Shown one piece after another: positions 19,605 through 29,093 of a stretch of 64,000 nt of DNA. Within the stretch, counting starts at the first letter, position 1. Each line of letters begins with the position of its first letter. Location of the stretch: positions 4,181-68,180 of the IMG/VR virus record IMGVR_UViG_3300008886_000001; one strand, written 5' to 3'. The DNA is from a virus. A program made the position numbers and the translations under genes. The notes beneath the pieces were generated by a model. It had not been told where the DNA came from, searched no databases, and worked only from the letters and a program-made list of their open reading frames with translations.

Positions 19605-20705
19605 TTACGGCGTCACGTTGGCCTGGAAGTACGCGGCCGGGTTGTGGAGCGACGGGAGGAAGGTGTCGCCGTACACGCCGCTGATGCCGAGCGGGCGCAG
19701 TTCGGGCATCCCGTACCCGTACCGGCCGTACCGCTGTTGGAAGTTGGCCCACTGGCTCATCACGTCGCCGGTGATGTTGAACGCGGTGGGCACCGGGTAC
19801 GAGCCCTCGTAGATGCCGTACACCATCGGGTCGGCCGGGTCGGGGGTGAACATGATGGTGTCGCCGTTCCACATCTCGACCGCGGCGTCCGTGTTGGGGT
19901 CGCCGAAGAAGATGTTCTGCATCGGCACCCACTCGAGGTCGAACAGGCCCGGCGGGATCTGGTTCGACTTCAAGAAGTACCCGGCGCGGTCCGGCCCGAT
20001 CTGGTACCGCAGGTATTCCTTGACCGTGTCGTTGGTCACGAGGTACCGCATGATGTTCTTGCCGCACAGCGCGTACTTGAGCGGGTAGCCGGTCGTGTAG
20101 ACGGCCTGCTGTTTGATGTTGTTGATGTGCTGGACGATGTTCGTGGACGCGTTGGCCCACGAGGCGTCGATGATGCCGCCCAACTGGTTCTGGTTGTTGG
20201 CCGGGAGCCCGTAGTTGATGGTCAGATCGGCCCCGTTCGGCGAGGAGAGCAGGTTGCCCGCGGCGTCGAACCACAACTGCCCGTTGGCGAGCATCGCGTG
20301 GACGGTGGACGACTCCAGGTTGACCTGGCGGACCGTCGCGTTCTGCACCTGCCGGGCGGCCTCCTCGCGGAACCGCTCCTGCACGGTGTAGGAGTCGAAC
20401 TCGCGGATCTGGAGGAACAGCTCGTGCTGGAACTGGATCACCTCCTCCGTGTGGAGCAGGCGGATGTCACGGCCGGACAAGGGCATGTGCTGGATCTGTC
20501 GGGGCGGCGCGCCGTATGGCACGATGCGGGCGTTTTTACGCGTCCCGGTGTACTCGATCCGGCGCGTCTTGTCGCCCAGTACGCGGAACGACGGGTTGCG
20601 GTTGTAGAACGCCGGGGGCAGCACGCGCGGCACGCCCGCCTTGACCGTCTCGATGGCCTTGGTCAGGGGCACCCAGCCGAGGATTTCTTCGATGCTCAGG
20701 GACAT
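19605..20705 (-). CDS. Major capsid protein (lambda E-like)
   Basis: 366 aa after protease and decoration genes; ARIVPYGAP...ANGQLWF...INYGLP...W pattern. Confidence 0.8.
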   Translation of the reverse strand: MSLSIEEILGWVPLTKAIETVKAGVPRVLPPAFYNRNPSFRVLGDKTRRIEYTGTRKNARIVPYGAPPRQIQHMPLSGRDIRLLHTEEVIQFQHELFLQIREFDSYTVQERFREEAARQVQNATVRQVNLESSTVHAMLANGQLWFDAAGNLLSSPNGADLTINYGLPANNQNQLGGIIDASWANASTNIVQHINNIKQQAVYTTGYPLKYALCGKNIMRYLVTNDTVKEYLRYQIGPDRAGYFLKSNQIPPGLFDLEWVPMQNIFFGDPNTDAAVEMWNGDTIMFTPDPADPMVYGIYEGSYPVPTAFNITGDVMSQWANFQQRYGRYGYGMPELRPLGISGVYGDTFLPSLHNPAAYFQANVTP

Positions 20706-20800
20706 CTGTCTGCTCCGAAGGTGGGTCGCGCTGCGGTCGGGTGTGCGGAACGGAACCGGGGCCGAGCCCGCTCCATAGGGAGCGGGCGGTCACGCACGCA

Positions 20801-21514
20801 TCAGCCGGTGGTCAGGATGTCGGAGAACACGAACTTGCCGCCCGGGATCGTCGAGAGCGACGTGCGGACGTAGTTCTGGAGGGTCGTGTCGGTGGGCCAG
20901 TTGATCAGGTTGGCCGAATCGATGACGCACGAGATCGGGATGCGTGGGAACGTCTCGTCGGTGCCATCCGGCGGGATCACGCAGTTGTACCCGTCCGGGA
21001 TGAAGCTCAGGATCGTCTGGCTCCCGTCGAGCGGCTGCACGAACGCCCCGGCGATCACGTTGGCCCCGATGTTCGTGACCGTCACCACCCCGGTCGCCAG
21101 GTTCACCGCCGAGAAGGTGACCGTGAACGTCGCGTTGCTCCCGCCCGAGGTCGGCGGCCCGACCAGTTGGAACGTGCCGGAGGTGCCGATCCGGCGCACC
21201 AGTTCGGCCGCCCCGGCGAGCGAGAGCGTGAGGCTCGTACCGCCCGAGGTGTACGCGGCCTGGGTCACATCGATGATGGAGTTGGCCCAGTACCCGACCG
21301 GCCCGATGCTCGTGAGCCGGCCCATCAGGAGCCCCGGCCGGAGCGACAGCGCACTCGCCGCGGCGTTCCCCGGGTCCCGGGTCATCAGCCCCGAGATGGT
21401 GCCCCCGCCCGGCAGGAAGCCCATCATCCCGTCGCGGCTCACGTTCAAGCGCTGCGACGTGACGGGGGCGCCGATGCCCGGTCGGCCGAATACGGGAACG
21501 ATGCCGGTCGCCAT
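20801..21514 (-). CDS. Head decoration protein (D-like)
   Basis: Position between protease/scaffold and capsid; LRPGLLMGRL motif. Confidence 0.55.
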   Translation of the reverse strand: MATGIVPVFGRPGIGAPVTSQRLNVSRDGMMGFLPGGGTISGLMTRDPGNAAASALSLRPGLLMGRLTSIGPVGYWANSIIDVTQAAYTSGGTSLTLSLAGAAELVRRIGTSGTFQLVGPPTSGGSNATFTVTFSAVNLATGVVTVTNIGANVIAGAFVQPLDGSQTILSFIPDGYNCVIPPDGTDETFPRIPISCVIDSANLINWPTDTTLQNYVRTSLSTIPGGKFVFSDILTTG

Positions 21515-21573
21515 GTTTCAGCCCTCAAATCGCGGGTACTCGGTGCGGGGTCTCGCGCGGTCGGAAGCGGCGG

Positions 21574-22905
21574 TTACTTGGGGCACACCTTGTCGGGGTG
21601 GTCGCCGCGGCCCAGGAGCCAATCGCTCGTAGCGCTGGCCCGCTTGTCGTTCGGCTGATCTTTCTGTTCGGGGGGCTCGATCGGGTTCGTCGTGGACAGG
21701 TCAACCGGCTTGGCCGGGGCCTTTGCGTTCCAGGCCGAGTTGGCGGCCTTCTTCTCGGCCGCAGCCACGTCCCCAACGAGCTTCTTCCACTTCTTCCCGG
21801 TCGGCTCGCCGTCGGTGAACGACATCTCGACCGCTTCCGCCTGGCGCAGGAGCTTCCGCTGCGTCGGGCCGTCGATCCGGCCGGTGGCGAACGCGCCCTT
21901 GATCCGCTTGCCGAGTTCGGTCCGCTCGACCGCAGCCTCTTTGATCGCCTTCTTCCGCTTCACCGGGTCGGTGTCGGTGGTGGACATGAGCATCGGCGGC
22001 CCACCCGGCGCCGCGGTCGTTTCCCCGTCGTCCGTGTCGTCTTCCGGTTCGGGGGTCTCGTCGGGCGGCGGGGTCTCTTCCTCCGGACCGGCCGAGGACT
22101 CGACGGCGATGACCAGCTCCTTGAGGTTGCACACCTTGTCGCTGATGGTCATGCCCTTGGCCTTGAGGGCGTCGATCAGTTCCTTCAGGTCTTCGGGGCA
22201 CTTGCCCTTGCCCTCGCCGTCACCCTTCGGCTTCTCTTCGGTTTTCTTCTCTTCGGGCACGGGTGATTCCTCCGGCGCGTCGGTGGTACTCAGCTCGACC
22301 GAGCGATCGAGCTCGTTGAGCCAGTCGCTGAAGGACCAATTGAAGGGGGGACACGATTCGTCCGGATCGGCGCCTTCGAGGTGCTCGCCGTCGGGTAGCG
22401 CGAACGAGAGGAACACCGCATCGTCGGCGCTGAGATCCGCAAACGGTTTCTGCCAGAATTGGACCGGGGTCGGCGTGGCCGCGACGTGTGCGACGGTGGT
22501 ACCGTCGTAGGTGCCGCCCTGCGAGTCCCAATACCCGTGCCGGTACACTTTCGGGCTGACGAACTTGACCCGCTTGAGTTGTTCGGCCTCTTCGGGCGTG
22601 TGTACCGGCAGCAGCATGTCGAGGTTGCCGCGCTCGTTGATGCGCGAGTCGGCCGCGTGCGCGAACGTGTACCGGGCGTACCGGCGCTTCCACTCGGCGA
22701 CCGCGTCGGCCCCTGCGGGCGCGTCAGCGGCCTCGATCTTTTGGTGTTCCCATACCGCTGGCAGTGGAACCCCGCGCGCTCTCATGCGCTGGAAGTTCTT
22801 GTGCGCGCGGCGGATGTTCTGCGGCTTGAATTCGAACCACTCGCCGTCTTTCGACTGCTGGCGGCCGACGCAGAGCACTTCTTTCCAGACCGGGATGGGT
22901 GGCAT
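21574..22905 (-). CDS. Prohead protease/scaffold (Mu gpI-like)
   Basis: LPAVWEHQ...KFVSP...HVAATPTP N-terminal domain plus charged scaffold C-terminus. Confidence 0.7.
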   Translation of the reverse strand: MPPIPVWKEVLCVGRQQSKDGEWFEFKPQNIRRAHKNFQRMRARGVPLPAVWEHQKIEAADAPAGADAVAEWKRRYARYTFAHAADSRINERGNLDMLLPVHTPEEAEQLKRVKFVSPKVYRHGYWDSQGGTYDGTTVAHVAATPTPVQFWQKPFADLSADDAVFLSFALPDGEHLEGADPDESCPPFNWSFSDWLNELDRSVELSTTDAPEESPVPEEKKTEEKPKGDGEGKGKCPEDLKELIDALKAKGMTISDKVCNLKELVIAVESSAGPEEETPPPDETPEPEDDTDDGETTAAPGGPPMLMSTTDTDPVKRKKAIKEAAVERTELGKRIKGAFATGRIDGPTQRKLLRQAEAVEMSFTDGEPTGKKWKKLVGDVAAAEKKAANSAWNAKAPAKPVDLSTTNPIEPPEQKDQPNDKRASATSDWLLGRGDHPDKVCPK

Positions 22906-22911
22906 GTCCCG

Positions 22912-22964
22912 ATTGAAAAGGGGACACTATTTTGGATTTGATCTACGCATGTCCCGCCTACCCT
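22912..22964. promoter_or_regulatory. Divergent pair of putative late promoters (minus: GTGTCC-N4-TTCAAT at 22927-22912; plus: TGTCC-N4-TACCCT at 22950-22964)
   Basis: Back-to-back copies of the motif in the 86-bp divergent gap. Confidence 0.6.
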
Positions 22965-22991
22965 CGTGACCTACCTCACGAGGGCGCGGAA

Positions 22992-24233
22992 ATGGCTCTG
23001 AAACAGTGGAACGGACAGGCTTCGACCGTCTCCCAAGTGGACACCGTGATCATCGGTTCGAACACGACCGGGCAGACGTTCTCGTACACCGTGAACGGTA
23101 AGACCTACACCTACACCGCGCTGTCGTCGGACACCTCGACCACCATCCTGGCAGCGAGTTTTCAGGTGTTTCTCTCGGCCGTGTCGGAGCCCGAGTTCCA
23201 GGAACTCAAATTCACCCCATCCACGAACACGGTAATCGTTACCGGGCCGGCTGACGGGGCGCCGTTCACGGGCACGGTGGGCGGAACGGGCACGATCAGC
23301 ACCTCGACGACGACCGCGCCGCTCTCGCCGCACGATGTGGGCCGGGCCGCGAACTGGACCGGTGGCGTGCTGCCCACGACCGGCGACACGGTGGTGTTCG
23401 ATCTGGGCTCGACGGACGCGAAATACAACCTCGCCGCACTCGCGGCCGTCGCGATCGGCTCGTTCACCCGTCGCCCCACGTTCACCGGTGTGATCGGGTT
23501 GCCCGACATCAACCCGTTCAACGGCGGGTACGAAGAATACCGACCGACGCACTTCTCCCTCAACACCGCAAACATCCGCGTGGAGCAAGCGGCAACGGAC
23601 CTGGCGAACCAGGTCCGCATCCTCTCGACGCTCACCGGGGCGCCGGTGACGGTGACGGTGGTCGGCCAGAGTGCAATTGGTGCGGGCGGCAGCCAGGGCT
23701 GGCCGTGTGATGTGTACGGCCTACCCAGCGGGCAGGCCAACGTGGTGAACGTGACCAACGGTGCGGTCGCGGTCGCGAACCTGACCGGTCAGACGGCGAC
23801 GGTCGGCACCTTCCGTTCGGCTAGCGGGACGTTCTTGCTCGGATCTGCGGTGACGCTCACGACCGCGACGGTGGTCGGCGGCACGGGCGAGATCGATTGC
23901 GGGTTCACGACGGTGACGCTCGACCAAAGTGCGGTTGTGGTGGTGTCGGAAACGGCCGCGGCGGGAACCGGGGTGACGGCCCAGAACGGCGCCGCGCTCT
24001 CGTGGCAGTCCACCGGCACACCGGGCGCCGTTCTCATCGGTAACAACGCGACGTTCGACTTGTCGAGCTGCCCCGCTCCGGTGGCCGTTGGGACCATCAC
24101 CCGCAACGCGGGGTCCACGCTGAACGACCCGCTGGGCCGGATCACCCGCCCGTACACCGAGGTGTACTCGAACTGCGGCCAGGAATCGTGTACCACGGTG
24201 CGCGGGACAGGCTTCCAGGCCGTGATCAGTTAA
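22992..24233 (+). CDS. Thr/Gly/Val-rich putative virion protein
   Basis: MALKQWNG...AANWTGGVLPTTGDTVVF; divergent from head operon; stop overlaps convergent stop (TTAA). Confidence 0.6.
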   Translation: MALKQWNGQASTVSQVDTVIIGSNTTGQTFSYTVNGKTYTYTALSSDTSTTILAASFQVFLSAVSEPEFQELKFTPSTNTVIVTGPADGAPFTGTVGGTGTISTSTTTAPLSPHDVGRAANWTGGVLPTTGDTVVFDLGSTDAKYNLAALAAVAIGSFTRRPTFTGVIGLPDINPFNGGYEEYRPTHFSLNTANIRVEQAATDLANQVRILSTLTGAPVTVTVVGQSAIGAGGSQGWPCDVYGLPSGQANVVNVTNGAVAVANLTGQTATVGTFRSASGTFLLGSAVTLTTATVVGGTGEIDCGFTTVTLDQSAVVVVSETAAAGTGVTAQNGAALSWQSTGTPGAVLIGNNATFDLSSCPAPVAVGTITRNAGSTLNDPLGRITRPYTEVYSNCGQESCTTVRGTGFQAVIS

Positions 24234-25399
24234 ATTGGCCGTTCTGCTTGCCTCATCAGATCGCGTGCTTTCCGTAATTCGCCTAACCGGTTCCTTAGTG
24301 TGCGTTCGCGGTCCGTACTGAGATCCATCGGGCCAACGTATCTCAGGTATTCCGTCAGTTCACTTTCCGTTAGTTCCAAGGCGCGGTCGAGTTCTTCGCG
24401 GCGCGTTGTCGGCGATGTACTTAGGCTGCCGCTGATCACCACGAAATCGGCGAGTGGCGCTTCATCCATCCATGTCGCGTAGGATTCTCCCGGCGCGGTA
24501 AACTTGATCCCGGGCCACCGGGCCTTCAGGTAACCGAATAGCGAGCAGGCGTCTACGACGTGAGCACGGTGTTTGTGTCTTATGTAATCTATTGGCTCGC
24601 GACTCAGTACCAAATCTTGCTCCGTTAAGGCCGTTTCCACTTCCATCGGGATCGTCACACCGTATGCCGCTGCGTTCCATCTTGATCGCAACTTCACGCC
24701 GTTTTGTTTTTCTCGGACTTGTTCCGATTGATTTATTTGCCCCATACGTATGATGGGACGATCTGTGAGCGTGACGTGTCGAACCGGTTGCTCGGTACGA
24801 ATTCGGTCCGCATACCTGAACCAGTCTTCGGCCGGGCTGGTGACAAATTCTACGAATCCGCGCCGGAACCACGGTAGGTGCGATGTCCATTCGCTGCCGG
24901 CGCGGCATACATCGTGAACGGCACCCATCCACAAGTGCTGACTCGCACTGTTGGCGAGGAACAGTTTCCATGCGCGCTGACGCAGTTCGTTTTCCCTTGG
25001 GTATCCCGTCCAGTTATTTATGATCTGCACTTCAACTGATATCTGACCCGGGCGCGGCCGTTTTGTGTACTCGCCGCTAAAAGACACGATCATCCCGTAA
25101 TGAAACGGGGTTCCGGGTCCCGGCCGGTAGCACACCACACGCCGCATTACTTCGTTGGTCAACAGCTCCGATCGCATCGTAATTTGCTGTACCCCGTCTC
25201 TTGCTACCGGGCCGCCGAGTGGCTGCACGTCACCGATGTCGATCGTGCAGAACTTTTCGTATTCACATTGCACGCGGATAAACTCGGCCCGCTCGCGCTG
25301 TTCGGCACGCTCTTCGAGCCAATCTGCGTACACGAGACGCACGGTGTCGTCGTCCGGGTTGGCGAGGATGTCGGCCAGGAATGTTTGCTCGTCGGTCAT
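24230..25399 (-). CDS. TIGR02996 domain-containing protein
   Basis: [30 protein letters not shown]; FRRGFVE motif. Confidence 0.85.
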   Translation of the reverse strand: MTDEQTFLADILANPDDDTVRLVYADWLEERAEQRERAEFIRVQCEYEKFCTIDIGDVQPLGGPVARDGVQQITMRSELLTNEVMRRVVCYRPGPGTPFHYGMIVSFSGEYTKRPRPGQISVEVQIINNWTGYPRENELRQRAWKLFLANSASQHLWMGAVHDVCRAGSEWTSHLPWFRRGFVEFVTSPAEDWFRYADRIRTEQPVRHVTLTDRPIIRMGQINQSEQVREKQNGVKLRSRWNAAAYGVTIPMEVETALTEQDLVLSREPIDYIRHKHRAHVVDACSLFGYLKARWPGIKFTAPGESYATWMDEAPLADFVVISGSLSTSPTTRREELDRALELTESELTEYLRYVGPMDLSTDRERTLRNRLGELRKARDLMRQAERPI

Positions 25400-25560
25400 G
25401 ACTGATCTCACTTGTCCGGAAACGCAACCGCCCATCCGTCCTGACCCAATTCCGACCACAACGTGCCGAACCCACTGTCGGCCAACTCGACCCGGTCGCC
25501 GATCACCGGCCCCGGATCGTCTTCACCATTGAACTCATACCGAACACGGTGTGGGAACGC

Positions 25561-26070
25561 TCACCGGCCGACCCGCGGCCATTCGGCCCTCAGAAGCCGG
25601 AGTGTTTGTAGCGGCCCGGTTTCGCTCCACGGTGCGACCGCGTGAAACCTGTCTCGTCCGAGTAGACGTAGGTGCTTGTGACGGATCTCGCCAAGGATAC
25701 GCGTCGTTAAGATTACTTCGGGTAGTGGCCGCGACGCTAGGATACTGTCCGATTCCTTCGCCCACCGGTCGAACGCGCACTCTGCGCTGAGTATTAGTCC
25801 CTTGTACGTCGTCCATCTCAACCCCGTCACGCCAGTTGCCACTTTTGCCGAGACGAGCTCGTTCAGATCCGATCGCGTGCCTGTATACGAAATGACCGCG
25901 TCTTTTCCTTCACCGAACGTGAACCGCTTGGGCTTCCGCACCCCGCGTCGGATCGCGTTCCCGAAGCGGACGCGATCGTGTTCCTCCAGCCAATCGGCAA
26001 ACGCGAGCCGTGTGGCATCGTCATCCGGTTCCGCTGCGATGGCTGCGAGGAATGTCTCTTCGTCGATCAC
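25561..26070 (-). CDS. TIGR02996 domain-containing protein (frame stays open 50 codons past TGA to 25408)
   Basis: MIDEETFLAAIAAEPDDDATRLAFADWLEE. Confidence 0.8.
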   Translation of the reverse strand: MIDEETFLAAIAAEPDDDATRLAFADWLEEHDRVRFGNAIRRGVRKPKRFTFGEGKDAVISYTGTRSDLNELVSAKVATGVTGLRWTTYKGLILSAECAFDRWAKESDSILASRPLPEVILTTRILGEIRHKHLRLLGRDRFHAVAPWSETGPLQTLRLLRAEWPRVGR

Positions 26071-26294
26071 GTTGGTACCTCGATCGGCCCGCACCATTCG
26101 CCACCGCTGTTCTCTACGTACCACTCATCATCTGATCCAACCATGAGGTATGATAACGGAGCCACCCCTTTACACTCGATCACCTGTACGCAACTCGTGC
26201 CGCATTTTGGGTGCCGCCACCAGTACCAACCCGGAACGGTCGGTACCAGCACTGTGAAGGTTGTGACCATCCTTGCACTTTCCTTTCCACTCAT
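26067..26294 (-). CDS. Small hypothetical phage protein
   Basis: ATGA overlap with terL stop; PTVPGWYWWR motif. Confidence 0.55.
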   Translation of the reverse strand: MSGKESARMVTTFTVLVPTVPGWYWWRHPKCGTSCVQVIECKGVAPLSYLMVGSDDEWYVENSGGEWCGPIEVPT

Positions 26295-27772
26295 TTTAAC
26301 CCGTCGTACTGTCCGCGCCTTGATTGATAGATGAACGGCGCCGCACCGCTCCCCGCGCCGCCCGTCACCCGCACACTCGGTAGGCACTCGCACGCGTAGC
26401 TGAATGTATCGACAATATCGTCTTGTTCATCGTCAGTTAAACCCGTGAACCTGACGAGTTCGCCGCGCACGTCTTCGAGCGGGAAGAGCGGGTGGTCATC
26501 TGGGAGGAACAACCGTCCCGATGCGGCGAGACTGATCGCGCCGAGCGCCCGGTCCAGTTTGTCCCGACTCTTCGGGTTCACGCTCCGCACGATCATGACC
26601 GGAGCTGTGCTCTTCCGCAAGAATTGTGCGTGCGCCCGCTGGTTCAGCACTTCTTCCACCGCGATGAACTGCGGCTTGTGCTGCCGGTACAACGACTGGC
26701 ATATTCCCAACTGCTCTGGGATCTCCATTTTGTCGCGGTAACAGTCCCACCACACCAGCCGCGCTTCGGGCGTCACCTTCCACGTCGAGACCACGAAGTG
26801 GTCTGCCGCGTTCGAGGCCGACGCTGATGGGTCATACGTCTGGAACGTCGCCGCATTTCGCCACTTGAACCGTTCGAGCACTTCCGCCTTCCCGGTCGGT
26901 CCGAATCCCGTCAACACGCACCAGTCCTTCCATGTCGGGTCTTTGGTCCAGGTGTTCCGTAACCACTCTGCCCGGAACTTTCCGCCCGCAACGGCGTCCC
27001 AATCCCCTTTCTCGCGCTGGGCTCGCGTCAGCGGGTCCAATTTCGCCAGTGCGTTCGTCCGGTACTCCTCGACGTCGAGGTTTCCTTTGTTGTCTTCCAG
27101 CCGGGCCGGAACGAACACCGCGCCCGGCTCGCGTTTCTTCGCGTCCACGAACCGCCTTTTGACCCACTCGTGCCCGCTGTTGCCCGGGTTCGACGTCGAG
27201 CGCATCCGGATCGGCACTTGCGACAACGGTCCCGTCGCTGGGCGCCGCAACCGTCCGAACATGAACTGGTATCGCCACTCCGTGTGCTGCGTGAGTTCGT
27301 CGATTGCGATGAACTGAAACGCCGCCGAGTCGTACTGGTAAACGGCTTTGTCGCTGTCGAGATACCCGAACGTGATTGTTGCGCCGCTCGGAAATGTCCA
27401 TCGCCGGTCCCGCTCGTTCCAGTTCACACCCTTTCCGTACCACCAACTCCGCGACAGATCGATCCACGCCTTCGCCTGATTTAAGTCCGCAAAATTTTCG
27501 CGCAGCAGAAGTGCCGAGTAACCCGGCACGTCCACGTACTGTGCTGCGGCAATTAGCGTTGCATACGTTTTCCCACCGCCCGCAGCCCCGCCGTAAAACA
27601 CCTCCTGCACGTCTGACAGCAACAAGAATTGCCGCTGCTTCGGGTTCTCACTCAACCCACGGTTTCGGGAGTCTTCGGGTATCCACGGATTCTGTTCGAC
27701 GGTCGCCTTGTACGTTGCGACGCGCCATTCCCATGACCTGTATGCCGCCGTTCCACTCGTGATGGCTTCCAT
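26291..27772 (-). CDS. terL: Terminase large subunit (Terminase_6-like)
   Basis: FYGGAAGGGKT Walker A, FIAIDELTQ Walker B, RMRSTSNPG, C-terminal nuclease YDP and DDIVDTFSY. Confidence 0.92.
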   Translation of the reverse strand: MEAITSGTAAYRSWEWRVATYKATVEQNPWIPEDSRNRGLSENPKQRQFLLLSDVQEVFYGGAAGGGKTYATLIAAAQYVDVPGYSALLLRENFADLNQAKAWIDLSRSWWYGKGVNWNERDRRWTFPSGATITFGYLDSDKAVYQYDSAAFQFIAIDELTQHTEWRYQFMFGRLRRPATGPLSQVPIRMRSTSNPGNSGHEWVKRRFVDAKKREPGAVFVPARLEDNKGNLDVEEYRTNALAKLDPLTRAQREKGDWDAVAGGKFRAEWLRNTWTKDPTWKDWCVLTGFGPTGKAEVLERFKWRNAATFQTYDPSASASNAADHFVVSTWKVTPEARLVWWDCYRDKMEIPEQLGICQSLYRQHKPQFIAVEEVLNQRAHAQFLRKSTAPVMIVRSVNPKSRDKLDRALGAISLAASGRLFLPDDHPLFPLEDVRGELVRFTGLTDDEQDDIVDTFSYACECLPSVRVTGGAGSGAAPFIYQSRRGQYDGLK

Positions 27773-27779
27773 TCGTCCG

Positions 27780-27795
27780 AAACTACGTCGGACAC
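27780..27795 (-). promoter_or_regulatory. Putative late promoter GTGTCC-N4-TAGTTT, leaderless
   Basis: ATG 27772 is 7 nt downstream. Confidence 0.6.
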
Positions 27796-28195
27796 CTCGC
27801 GCCCTACCTTCCGCTTCACCCCGTACAACCGGCCCCTTTTTAAACTTGGAAAATCGGATGGGAGACTCCGCCGCCCCTTTCGCCCCTTCTCGCTAAAAAC
27901 GCGCGGCGATCTGCACACTTGGCCACTATCCCCGGATCACTACCCCTGCGGGGCACTCTCTCGCTCCGGCCTGTCTGCATCCGGTTGTTAGCACGCAGTG
28001 TTCGGCCTGGTGTGAGTCTGTGTGGAGGTGGTGCTGATGGGGCGTCGCAACCTGGTGAGTTGGTATTAGCCCGGCTGGCTGCGCTGGTATCGCGCCGGTG
28101 GCGCTCGGCGCGGTCCAGATAGGCATTTGCTGCGCCTGGCCTCCCGATCGCGCCAGGACGCACGCCAGGGGCCAAGGACGGGCATGTGGAGGTTA

Positions 28196-28756
28196 TTACC
28201 TGTCGCTCACTCCGGGCGTTGCGTCGGTGCTGGGGTTCGGTGGTGCTGGTGTGGTGGGCTCTGGCAGAGCTGGTGAGGTCTCTGTCACACTGCCGCGAGC
28301 CGTGGGGAGTTGGCGCACTCCCGCAAGGAGTTCCTTGGCCGCTTCGATGTCCGCCGGCGTGAGTGTCAGGGATGGGGGATTCACGTTCACCGTCACATTG
28401 GCCTCGACCGCCCCTTTCCCGGTCTCGCCGCGGAGCATGGCCGACTTGTCCAGCAGGACGGCACCGGCAATCACAGCGTCCCGGCCGGACATGTCCTTCA
28501 CCTTCCGCTGAGCCTGGGCGAACATCTTCTTCGCCAGGCGGTCCAGGGAGTCCGCCAGCGCAAGTTTCTTTTGTTGGCGGAGTTCGGCGGGGGGAGGGTG
28601 AATGCTCCCATCCTTCCACGCTTGGATTGTGGTTCGGGGGATGCCGGTTGCACGGGCGGTAGCAACCACGTTGCCACCGTTGGCGTCGAGCGCGGCAAGT
28701 GCTTCGGCCTGATCGGCGTCTGAGTACCGACGGTGTTTTCGGCGTGGCGTGTCCAT
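28196..28756 (-). CDS. terS: Terminase small subunit-like HTH protein
   Basis: N-terminal HTH (YSDADQAEALAAL...ATARATGIPRTTIQAW), upstream of terL. Confidence 0.65.
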   Translation of the reverse strand: MDTPRRKHRRYSDADQAEALAALDANGGNVVATARATGIPRTTIQAWKDGSIHPPPAELRQQKKLALADSLDRLAKKMFAQAQRKVKDMSGRDAVIAGAVLLDKSAMLRGETGKGAVEANVTVNVNPPSLTLTPADIEAAKELLAGVRQLPTARGSVTETSPALPEPTTPAPPNPSTDATPGVSDR

Positions 28757-28763
28757 ACCGGCA

Positions 28764-28779
28764 AGTATGGACCGGACAA
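28764..28779 (-). promoter_or_regulatory. Putative late promoter TTGTCC-N4-CATACT, leaderless
   Basis: ATG 28756 is 7 nt downstream. Confidence 0.55.
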
Positions 28780-28785
28780 GGATTA

Positions 28786-29010
28786 TCAGGGTGTGCCGGG
28801 CTTACCTTTGCGTTTGCGGAACCTCCTATTGTGTTCCGCAGTGATGAGTCGGCGAATCAGCTTGGTACGGTCCAGTTTGATCCCCTCTTCCTCGAGAACA
28901 TCGGCGGCTATGTCCGAGAGTCGTTGCAGATCTGTGCCGGTGAATCGGATTGTGGAGGCGGGGGGATTCACCTCCGGTGTCTCTTCGGGTTCGCGCTGGG
29001 GGTGTGCCAT
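28786..29010 (-). CDS. Small putative DNA-binding protein (ribbon-helix-helix-like)
   Basis: STIRF...LQRLSDIA...DRTKLIRRLI; divergent from early promoter array. Confidence 0.45.
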   Translation of the reverse strand: MAHPQREPEETPEVNPPASTIRFTGTDLQRLSDIAADVLEEEGIKLDRTKLIRRLITAEHNRRFRKRKGKPGTP

Positions 29011-29093
29011 TGTGTTGCCCGGTGTCGGGTAAAGGAGCGTATGTCACTGCAATATACAGTGTTCGCGGGCAAGGGATCGGGATTTTGGAATAA

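Noticed and set aside
1-28756. Lysis cassette (holin/endolysin/spanin)
   Set aside because: No recognisable motifs; probably outside the window or too divergent
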